Shown here: piece by piece, positions 1 through 11,700 of the stretch
Layout of the letters: every line of letters starts with the position of its first letter
How positions within the stretch are numbered: position 1 is the stretch's first letter
Notes under the pieces: generated by a model
The model's database searches: none
Told to the model about the DNA's origin: nothing
Seen by the model: only the letters and a program-made list of their open reading frames with translations
Origin: Ascidiella aspersa
Lineage: Eukaryota
Direction of reading: 5' to 3'
Length of the DNA stretch: 64,000 bases
Assembly: GCA_963924565.1 (NCBI GenBank)
Contig: OZ004610.1
Location: forward strand, 25,978,001-26,042,000
Program-made: the position numbers and the translations under genes

Positions 1-457
1 TATAATGGTTTGTACTTGGACTTGCTATTTGTTGCAAATGACTTAACGTGAATGCGAGTTATTTAGCAAATGACTTGTCTATGACCCAATTCATTTTGCA
101 ACTTGACTGGAACTTAACTCATTACAAAATTACTTATTTTACGGGTATTCGGGTAGCCACCTAGAAAAGGCTGAGGAATACTGTACTATCAATTCGATAG
201 TATAATATTTTGGTAGCTTTTTGACATTTCAGTATTGCTTGAAATTAAAACAGAAATGGCCCCGAACACTCCAAATGACCGTTTCAAAACTGCCTAAAAG
301 TATTTTCAGGCACATTTTACCTGCAAAAGAGCCCCGCAAAAAATCCACACGGTCTATAGCAATCTATCTGACGTCTTCAGCTGTGAACCAGAGTATAACG
401 TCGCAAAGACAACTTCCGACCAAAAACGACCACGCGGGGCGCTGTTGTTCAAGAGGA

Positions 458-2747
458 TTTATTGTCTGAAACATCGAACAGTGACGAATACTGCAAGAAA
501 ACTTGGGGCGAGACGAGCTACAACACACGTCAAAGAGGTGGTATGGGGTTAGGGTGTTCAGGAGCTGCTAAAAACAACACTCGTATGGGAGGAAAAATAG
601 ACTATACACGACACACGCATACGCCAGCTGGTAGATACTTGGTTTAGTTCGCAACGAAAAGGGTTCCAACTTCACTTTGAGATCAAATAACACGACAAAA
701 ACAAGGGAACAGTCGGCTGCATTTTTTTTACAGATTCGCGCCCAAGGGTAGGCCGAGCTTATGTGGAGGTTAGTTGGAAATAATTAAAAGATTTGATTGC
801 GCACTGACGTTTTTCTTTCGCTCTTGTTTTGTTCGATTGGTTACAAAATTCGCTGAAAACGACAAGTTGGAGAGTGCGAGAGAAAAGTGAGGGTGGCGAA
901 CTGAAATCGAACGCAACAAAACGTGATTGCTGGTCTTAAATTCAAACAAAAAACGATAGTCTTATTCTGAATCTTATAAAGGGCCACATCGCCAGTAGAA
1001 TCAAATCGAAATTCCTCTTAAAATATCACCGGAATCGTAGTAAGACAAAATATGGCGGCGAAAGTTGCCTTCCCCTAGGTGCTACAACCTGAGTGCAAAA
1101 TAAATTGCGAGGCTAAACAGATCGCGTTCGAATTAAAAGCAGCGGCGAAAATTGTCGTTTAACCCTCGAGAAAAGTTTAAAACCGGCGCAATGACGTCAT
1201 GCATCGCTAATCGATGACGTCAGGCGACGTCGTGAAAACAAGATTTAGTTGACAACGTCGAGTGATCGAAAATAAAACAAGACAAGAACACGCGGGCTAT
1301 GACGTTAGAAGACTAGTAAGAGTAGTAGTGGTTTAATGGGCGACAAAATAACACGATGATGATATTAACAACAACGAACGACGAAAATATACGAGTACAA
1401 AACGGCAACAACAACAACAACAATCAAAACGACAGAAAAAAACACTATAATCTCTTGGGAAATCAGGCAGTAATAGAAATGAGGACATAGGGGGAGAAGC
1501 AATATATATTTTGTCATGGCGAACATAATTCACCACAATTGGCGCGCTTAAGTGTGAGTGTGCGCCGTTTTAATTAAAGTCTTTAGAAGACATTTTAACA
1601 AGTTGGCTTTATATTAAAAAATCGTTTATTTTTTTGTTGAAAAATCCCAAACCGAACTTGGACCAAACGTGTGGCCAGAATTATTTTGTACCCTTATTTT
1701 CGTAAAAAAAAAATACCCTTGCCAAATAACAAAAGCGCCAGCACAAAAAAGTATCAAAGAAAGATTGTGTGTGAGAATGCAAACTTGCGCTCAGCCGGAA
1801 CAACAATCGAAGTGATTAAAAAAAACGCATGAAATATTTTATGCGCACGAGATCGTTCGTAAGGTTACAGACGCGCACGGAAAACAAAACAAAAAAGAAG
1901 TCTGTAGGACAACGGACGAACTAAAAAACGGACGTCGACGAAGTTTCTCGAATGGCCGAACCGTTGTTTTGATTCTTTGGGACGCGAAAGCAGCAGGGAA
2001 AATCCGCGGGTGTTTTTGATTCGTATCGCCGAGAAAAAAAAAAACACAACTGGAGGCCATATCGTTTTTGTATCGTATCGTTACGAACGAGAATAGGTTT
2101 CGGCAAGTGCTTTGATCATTTTTTGAGGAAGCAGAACGACTCTGACGCCAGATGTTTGCTTGCAAACGATAACCGCTGACAGAGGGGGAAGTAACGTCGG
2201 CCTATTTCTTCTAACTAAAAAATCGAGTAATCAAGTTTTCAGTGTCATGGTCGCTTTAAAGTGGTCAGGTCGATTAATTTAAAAAATAATGTTACGCGCG
2301 CAAGAATAAAAATTGCAAGTTAAGAAGAGAAGACTGCGACGCGACTTCGACCAGTTAAAGGAAAATATTTTTATGAACTTTAGAAAAAAACACGGGGTTA
2401 AACGGTGATTAAAAAATTACAGCGCCTATTACTTTCCCCGGAAATTGAAGGGGTAAAATGTTTCATTCAGGAGATCAAACTCATTAAAATTCCGAACAAC
2501 ACCCGGTTGAAATAAAACGCGAAATATCTTCTCGACCCGGCGTCTGGGAAAGTCCCGCATTGGGGCCGCCCCGGTGAAGGTGCATGGGCAAGAAAAAGAG
2601 AGGCGAAAGTCCGGGTATCGTGCAGCAAGATGGGGCGGGGCCTGGGTTGGGTTAGGGGACTGAGTCTAGCACACAGGACACGATCACATACGACACTCTT
2701 CTGCTGATAGTCTTCGAGCGAAATCTTTCTCTCGAGGCCACCTCCGC
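458..2747 (-). other. Probable long (~2.3 kb) 3' UTR of beta-arrestin with polyadenylation signals
   Basis: U-rich on the minus strand downstream of the TGA at 2748-2750. AATAAA on the minus strand at 1625-1630 and 458-463; (GTT)n run at about 1406-1423. Confidence 0.55.
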
Positions 2748-5700
2748 TCATTGCTCAGCTTCCAGCGCTTTTTGCTGATTTTCTGCGAAAAATAAGTAAA
2801 AAAGGCACGTGAAAATGTGAAGGAACGGTACCGGAACTGCTAGTGTCGAAGTTATGAATTATATTTTCGATTGCTTCATTGCAAAATAAGTTCATCCGGC
2901 CTTTCCGACTTTTGGGTTTTTTTACCGGTCATTTTGGGGCAAACATTACGTTGTGTTGGTGTAACTGAAACGTGCATATGCATATATACAACGTGTATTC
3001 TGTAATCAAGACCATCTTGAGTCGTACTGGCTAACGATAACGACATACATAATATAGTACACAAGATACCTTTGCTTTAAAACAATAGTAAAATAGAATA
3101 TCTTACAGAGTATCAATCAGGTTCTTCTTAGAGGTAAAGATATACAAAAAATCTAATAACCACTGATTTAATTACACTTGTTGGTGTAACCATATAAAAC
3201 AATTACAACTTTACCGGCCATAAAAAAACACAAAAAATTGGTGTAGGGCTACAAGCGACTCCATTTTTAAAATAGTTTGCAAAAAATTATTGTTTTAACC
3301 GCTTTATAAAGAGGCCCACAAAAATGTATAGTTCTGTAAATTATAATAAAACGTGGCGAATTGAGTGGAAAATTCCGCTGCAGGATTAAGGCCTACACCC
3401 GGGTCATTACGTACGTCATTGGCCAACGCGGATTGCTCTTTGTTTTCATGGGTGAGGGAATGGGCATTCCGACAAGGTCGAAGACGGCTTAAAAATCGAA
3501 AAAACTTAGGGCTAGCATTCCGGAGAAAGCCAATGTCGGTCGATTTATTCCCCAAACACGAAACGCGCTGACGTTGTTGCTGGACGCTCTTACACTCTGA
3601 CAGTCGTACGTTAATATTCGCAGATGTGAGTTTTATCTAATAGAGGGACGAGTCGAGTTCGGGCTCTATTCGGCTTGCGTGTCAATTTACATGACCAATT
3701 GAACCGGCTTCATGGAATTGTTTAGTGGATTTTCCTCGAGGCATCCAAAGGCTGCTTTAATGGACCAAGGCCCATTAAAAGTGGGTCTCTATACCATTTT
3801 GTTCCCTCAGTTAACAAGCATGTCCGCCATAACAAAACTGAAACTGTGCAAGTCATTTGGCGGTGAAAGTCCTATTGAACTTACATTGTTCAATACAATA
3901 ACAGTCCTATTCGGCACGAAAGTTTCAAACAGCGCGTTAACAATTAGTTGGTAAAACCTAATCTTAAATGCAATGGTTATCAATCTGTTGGTTCAATCAC
4001 ATCCAGTGATACGTGAAGGCCTTTTAAGGTCGTAAGCGAGCAGCCTTATGGTCTAATGCGGAGTTTAGACAAATTAAAGTGTTTTATTGTGTTTTGCCGT
4101 GTAATATTATTTCTTTAAAAGAACTATAAAATATGCCGCAAGCGCTAAGAGCGGGATGTTTAATTCATTTGACCTAGGTGATACGCAGCGACAGTAAAAA
4201 GTGGTTCGCGGCCAGAAAACGTTGAAAAAAAAAAACGATTTAATTTATCAGTAGGGCGATTATTTTTTTGACTTTGCAAAATCGTTAGGTAAAAAACTAT
4301 TTCAGGTCAAAATCGTTTACAAAATGAACAAAATTCGTTTCTAAAATTAACAAAAACGGTAGTGAACTATTTAAAATTGCCGTTCAGTTTAGTATTTTAT
4401 TAAATTTATTTTTGATTTATATTCAACAACAGTTTAGCTGTAACATATCTTTAATAGAGAAACGTATGGCATAGGTGAGTCCGCAGAATTAACCACACAG
4501 GCCTGGTTTATCGCATTAGGTTCAACTCGAACTAAACTGATTGTGTTCCATAGGTCGTAACAAACATCAAAACCAAATTAACGCCAAGAGACTAATTCAG
4601 TACTTCACATAACAATGCTTGGTTTAAATCAATGTATTCCTAATAGGTTAATTTTATTTAAATAAAGATTTTAGGTCGAAATTTGTCCAAATTTAAATTT
4701 TATAGAACAAAATTTTTCAATTATAAGGTCAAAAAATAATTACTTCATTTATCAGCAGCCGGTTCTAGGCAATGCGGATTACAGAAAAAAAACCAGTAGC
4801 CCACGAGAAAATGTCTTGTTTTTTTTTAAGAATTTGGGGGAATTTCCAAACCAATTGCTCTGAAAAAACGTCGACAAAACGAGGAGAAAATTCCCCTTTC
4901 ATTTCTCTAGGCAAAAATAAAGTCAAATGTCTGCTCATTTCCAGCGTGAATGTCAAACACCAAGGGACTCGAATCAGGTCCAGGGCCTAACAGGGAGGGT
5001 GGGGGGTTATCTTGGCGGTTGCCCATTTTAAATCACCATCCTTTACTTTTTATTTATTTTATTTGGTAATTTTACGGAAAATTGCGGGTTCAAATGGATG
5101 GCCGAGACACCAAAGACTGCTGGCAAGAATTTTACTATTAGTCACACTCCCAGCAGATGTGGAAAAAACACGGCACGCATTGCCCGGCCAAGCAATTTAA
5201 TCCGTCATTTTCCATAAAACATTTTAAAGCAAAAGTCAGTGTTTTACGATTTTTCTTGAATTAAGAATATTTGAATGAAAGAAATCCACTTATAGGCCTC
5301 CTCTAACCAGCCCTTCAAGACAACAAAATTTACAACTCTTATTTAAGAGAAACGAGTTGAGATTATGTTTATTTCAGTTCTTGTTTTACCCAGGCTTCTT
5401 ATGTATCTGCTTCCCTGTTAAAAAACTATAGCCCTCCCATGCTTTAAAACCTCGAAGGACGATTTAGTGCGCGCCAAGCTGCCCCGTTGGCGTGGTGTAC
5501 AAAGAGCTGTAAAGAGGGTTGCGAAACATCGCGCGTCGCTTGTTTGTGACGTCACAAAAAGCAGCAACCCGCATGGGAGACGCGTGACTGATTGAATTTC
5601 GTCGTCGTCCGCTACGCAGTTCGTCGAAATTAGGTTTCTGATGGACTTTATCAGTGAAAAGCAGACTCCACGTTTGCTTAACCATGTGGTAGACCAGTGG

Positions 5701-8700
5701 TTCTTAACCTGTATGTAATTACCTCCAAAAAAGGAATTTTGAAATTTTTTCGAGGTAATTTTGACAATGGTTTTAGAGGTGTTACCTTAGTCCACTAAAA
5801 CCAAAGAGCAGTATCCAACCCTAAACTTGTTTAAACTTTAAATGCTAATTGAATTGCAACGACGTGTTGCATGTTTTTAATTGATTGTCGACCATGTCTT
5901 TAAAAATTAAAAATGGGGTAATGGTTCGTAGATAGAACGACCATAAAAATCACCGCCTGTGTTCGTGTTAGTTAGACACCATTATATAGGTTCAATTAAA
6001 AGGCAACACGGTTTAATATTACACTCATCTGCAAGTTACGAACCCCATTCCACTATATTTAAAGTCACACTTCGCCCTTTTTAATGTGTGTTTTCGTACC
6101 ATCTTTTGTTTAGGAGGTAATAAAAACAAACTGAGGTTCAATCCTTCTGAAATTTTTATGTTAGCTGCTTAATGTTCTCGACACAGATAACTTAGTAGCA
6201 AATACCCAAATAAATCAATTTCAGAAAGCCATGTAGTAACAATGTAATAGGAATCTTTTGGGGTTAAAATCCGAACTACTGGTCCTCTTAACCTTGGGGT
6301 TGTAGGAACATCACGGTATTACCATAAGCTGAAGTACCCAAAACTATTTGCACAATATCTTCACATTTAAGGTTCGGCAATCAAATTTCGCTTAATGCAG
6401 CATTACCGTTTCCAATATACACTATACAGCGCGTTTGGTTGGTTGGTTTACACAAAACAATTGTTGGGAAATTCACCCTAAAAGAGTCAACTGGTAATCG
6501 CTAAAACCCTGTGATTTTCTCATAATGTGGCTGACGGGTAACGCTACTAAATAATGCTATGGCCAAAATCGCACGTACCTTGCAGTCGCATTCTCGCAAA
6601 GTCCTCGAAGACAATATCATCCGGAGGTGTTGAACTAAAAAGGAAGAAATGCAAAACATTGAAATGTGCGAAACTCGGTTAAAATCCCATCATATCCATG
6701 AATTTGAAATAGTGAAATATTGCAATAATACACCAGATGCCTGTAGTAAACGATCTTGTCAGGTACTTAAAAAGGTTTATTAGTCACTAAAAAGTGTTTC
6801 GTTATTATTGATCGGTACGACTTCAGAAGGGCAAGATCACAAAGTATATAAGTGCAGTTTAGTCAATACAGGTTATTGACAAGCCTTTTGTACGGCCTAT
6901 ACTTTCTTATAAAAACGAGACAAAATACATGATGGAACTGAGTGGCAGTTGGCATTTGTATTTACCAGTCTAGGGTATATTATGTTCTAGTTCCCCAGTG
7001 GATACATAAACGAGCAATTCGAGCTAAAAAAACAAAACAACAACAACAACCAATAACGTTGTATTTATTTCAGTTCATATAGAAAAAAAAGATTCCGGGC
7101 AATCGATGAGCTTAGCGTACCAGCCGCCGTTCCATGAATCAATATCGAATCGCGCACAGTTGCCCAGCCAAATCCACGTACAATCATGTCTGGCCTTTTC
7201 ACCAAATTGTAAGCGCTGTGACGATCGCGGTGCGGTCTAAGGCCCTTGACGTCATGTGTGACGCAATTTGGTCAGGGTTGCGTACCCGGGGTTGTAAAAA
7301 AGTTTTTAAAAGGCAATGAAGCCTGGGTACCATTCGACGCGTTATACGAAGAGCTCGGCTAACTTTATTGCAATCACCCGCATTTGGGACAATGTTGGCC
7401 TGCCTACACGAGTGTCTAGAATTAAATTAGCTGCAACTCTGGATAAATAATAATAGTAATTGAGAGATAATTTTTAGTCTAGGTTTTAGCGCAACTTTTA
7501 TGTTATTTGTTGCAGTGTTGCAACTGCTTTGTGGGAAATTGGCGTATTTCAGTCTGTGTAAAACCGCGTTATTTTAAAACAAATGAAAACTGGTTTTCAA
7601 CCGAGCATTTAGGTTTTACGATCTTTGTAGTTATGTACACTCTACGAAGATCTCTATTAGAAACTTAACATTTACAGTGACCAATTTTTTTTAATTAAGC
7701 TGCCGCAAGAACATTTTAAGCCTTAATAAGTATTTTAAAGCCGACAAAAATAATCCGTCAAAATCAAAAGACTTACAGTTTGAATATCAAGAATCTGCCA
7801 TTAAAACAACAACAACAAAATAGAAAGACGGACTCCAAAGGCCATCTTTCGACGTTTACGTACGAAACTTGTTTAAATTCACTCGAAATAAAAAAGAACG
7901 TCCAACACTAGAGGGCGCTCACCTTGGCTCGAACGAGATGAGGTTGTGGTCGATAGGTGGGGCAGCGGCGCTGGTGGTCGGGGACTTTTCCTCGGGGGCT
8001 TTGCTCTCGACGGCCTTGGCTGGCGAAGAGCTGCACAGCAGGGGTTCGACTTCAAGCGGCTTGGAGTGCATGAGAGTCACCGGCAGCTCAACGCTTAGTT
8101 CGCTGGAAAACGAAAAAAAGTGTTGGAAAAGTGATTAGGAGTCTGGTTTTTGCCGAAGCAACTACAAAACTATAGCTTGTTTGTCGGTAGTAAGAATATC
8201 AAGCCTGTACATATACAGTAGTAGGTATCATTTTGAACGTTTAGTATATCCTGTTATTCATTTTTAACATAGTGGGAAGGCACTGAATAAAGAGATATTC
8301 GAAATGTTCAAAGTGATGCATACTTCTGTATGGGCTCAACGTCCAGCCAGTATGCTCCATTGTAAATGAGTGTTTTTCCCCAATCCTAGTTTTATTAAAT
8401 TTGAATTTATAACGCTAATTGTCTTTATTGGCTTTTGAGCACTTTAGACTTGCCAAGAATGTCAGTGAAGACAACTGGGTAAAAAATGACAACTGAGTAT
8501 TCGGGTCGGCAAGAGTAAGTTTGAGAAACACTGAACAGTAGTAAAAGATGATTAAGTGATGAGATTTGGGGAAGTTCTCAGTTCTTAAAAAAAATATGAC
8601 AAAAACACAAAAAAAGAGTTTTTACACTCAACCCACGGTAAAAGACATCAGCGTCTAAAGTCTGGGCTAAGGGTCAATTTTTTATCGAGGGAAAGAAAAT

Positions 8701-11700
8701 CTTTGGCAGTTTCTCTAGGGTTTTCGGCGTCGCTAACAAAACAAAGCGACAGTTTAAACTTTCATTTTCTTCGACAACACACTATAATGTCGCCTATGTA
8801 GCGCTAAATAGAATGTAAATAAAAAAATACCGGGAAAAAAAAGGGAGATATCTTTTTGTTTGGTTTTCTTGAGTTTGTAAAATCAAGCCTAAACACACCC
8901 TACGAAAATCGAGATAATAGCTGGAAAAGAAAGCCCGGCGTGGCCCGAATTGTGTAATACACTGGCATATTGCGATGTCGCGCGAAATTTCGGAGAAACG
9001 GCTTCCCTAGGCACAAAACAGGAACGGTCGGTATATTTTAGGAAGAACATTCGCTTGGCGGAAATAGACGGGTGAGATTTGAGGTCGAACAAGCCGTAGT
9101 GCAATGATTTCGTGGCACCGCATACCCGAACACATGTTTCCTGTGGTTAGCTTGTTCCGAAGCCGACAAGGTAAAAACACATTGTTCGTGTTGCAGATCG
9201 ACAAAAACAAACCATAGCACCGACCTTTTTTTCATATTAAATTCTGGACGATCAAACGACGATGTAAGGGCCAGGTTAAAAGGTTAAATACAACAAACAG
9301 GCCTTTCTTTTTGCATTGCACTGAAGTCGCGATATTTATAGCTTTTAAAGACCTAAAATTGGATCGATCGATGTGTTTTATATATAAGTTCAACTCAAAA
9401 CAATTAGTTTAAAAATTGATTTTACAACGGCATTTTCTAAAAATATAATTGAAGTTGGATACTAGATAACCGTATACCTTTAAAACCTTAAAACCGAGCG
9501 GCCCTGTTAACAAAAATGCTTTTCAGAATTATAAACATGACTCCTGTACAACACAGAAAACAAATCAGCCATATCGGATTAACTGTTAACTGGGGACTCT
9601 ATGTCGTAAACAGAAAGGGTCCTTTCATAATTGCGCGGGATTAGTAAAAAAAAACGATTGAAAAACAGGACGCGTTTGATTGACAGCGAGTCTTCTCTCG
9701 GTTGGACGAAATTAATGCGAAAAATTCGATCGATTAAAAGACGAGAGGCGTGCATTGTTGCAGCGGTCCAAAATCCACGAAAATATCGGCAAATATAGCA
9801 CTGGTCGCGCGCGCAAGGCCTGTTTAGCCGCGGCGTTGTTTTGCTTTGCTTGTTCCGGCATCATTAATAAATCATCACGCCCTTTACCAGCGGATTGCGA
9901 TTTTTCCGACAATGTGCTTCAGGGTCAAGATTAAGTGTGTCATGCGAATTTTGCGCTTTGTAAAAAAGGTGTGTGCTGACCGATTCGTTTTGCAAAACAA
10001 TCGTGTTTTTACCTATGAATATTTTAAACAACAGCTCAAACTTTATTAATATATTTGTGTTATCTAATGTAGAACTAAGCGATTTCCTTGTAGTACTCCT
10101 TAAAAAAGTAAACCGAAGGTGGTTAACTATATTAGTTAAAAAAAAAATCTAAACAGGAAACCAGACCAGTTTTTTATTTAGCCGGTTAAACAGCTTCATT
10201 AGGTTCGCATTCCTATTTGAAAAACGAGGATTCCGGCAAAATTGACGTCGTTCGTCAATCGGTTATTTTGCACTTTGTGGAGGCGAAAAAATGAGGAGAA
10301 AACATAGATGAAGCAAAAAAAATGACACATACAGAAGAGCTAAAAAACTGGGGCGACCAAACAGTGCAAATTCGAATTGGAATTTCTTGTGCGAAAAAAT
10401 TGAGGTCACAAACACGGCCGAAAAGGTCAGCCTAATGGAACTCGGGTCGGCAATTGACATTTGGCGACGCGGCACTAGAAAATTCCAATAGGGAGGCTAC
10501 GATGCACACAAGCCAACGGGTCGATGCAAAACACACAAAAACAAGATTGGCCGCCTTTCGTGGCCAATCTAACCAGGCCGGCGCCATTCTTGTTAAGTGT
10601 GTGTTTTCTTATATACCCCATTGCGACGGCAGAAGTTTAAAATTTGAAAGCGATTGCGTTTTGGTGGAAAGGGTGAAATAACCCGCGCATTGTCAGGCTG
10701 CGAAATTGCGAAGCTAGAAAAAGAAGGGGGCGAGTTTCGACCAGGCACGCTTTCTGTGAAAAAACGGCCAGGCACGCTTTCTGTGAGCTTTCGTTGACGC
10801 GGGAGCGCGTTTTTATTGCTGTTTGTCGCCGAACCGTTAAAACGACACTTACTTTTACGAGTTTACATTTACACACGTAAGAACGAGACGAAAAACGTTC
10901 CAAGCCGTTTTATAGGTTTTCAAAGACCTAAAGTTGGAGAGTTTGACGTTTAACAATGTAGTTAGAAAACAAAACCGTATGAATGCAATGGTCAACACAA
11001 TGACAAATGGTTAAAAATTTTCTTTACCGAGGCACTTTTAAGGCACTTAACTTTAACTATACAACAAGTTCAACTATACTATTCAAAGACTTATAGAAAT
11101 GCGTATGGTTTCATAAAAACTTTTTAATATGTAGAGTAATTCAAACGACAATCTTTGCGTTAAAATGCTGACTTAGTTTTTGCTGACAAAGGGAAAGCGT
11201 TTTAAAACACAAGCCAAAAAGTCCCAGCTCAGACAGAAAATGACAAAATAATTTTGACGGTGGTGGATTACACCGCTGCACAGTGCACATACCCCGGCTC
11301 TTAGCAGTGGGTTAAGGTTCAGCAGAGTCTGCATAGCATCAGGCCACGACCGACAGGTCTTAATAACATTATCGTGTTTCTAACCAGTGGTTTCCAAATG
11401 GGGTGCTGCGGAACCTTAGGGTGCCAGTTGTAATGCTCACGGGTGCTGATAGACATTGGGGAATCTTTAAGAATTTTACTTTTGCTCTGTTAGTAAGGCT
11501 ACTGATAAGCTTGTTCATTTTGTGTCATTCCAGTTTCGTTTCTAGTGACATTACAATAAGCTACTCAGCGAAAATTCCTAATTGCTAAAAAGGTTGGAAA
11601 CCACTGTTCTAAACCAGCAGGGTTAAAGAAAACGCAAAGTAGGTTAAAAGAAAACGCACGTTAAATGACGTCAACTGTACGGTTGTGCAAATTGTGTTCG

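Noticed and set aside
3594-3596. Another ag|AGT|gtaaga 3-nt pattern in the last arrestin intron
   Set aside because: No pyrimidine tract upstream, and inclusion would create an immediate stop.
8831-8920. 90-nt open, frame-preserving cassette exon in the long arrestin intron
   Set aside because: Good acceptor but weak donor (CCG|gtattt), homopolymer-rich, and the peptide is not arrestin-like; likely chance.
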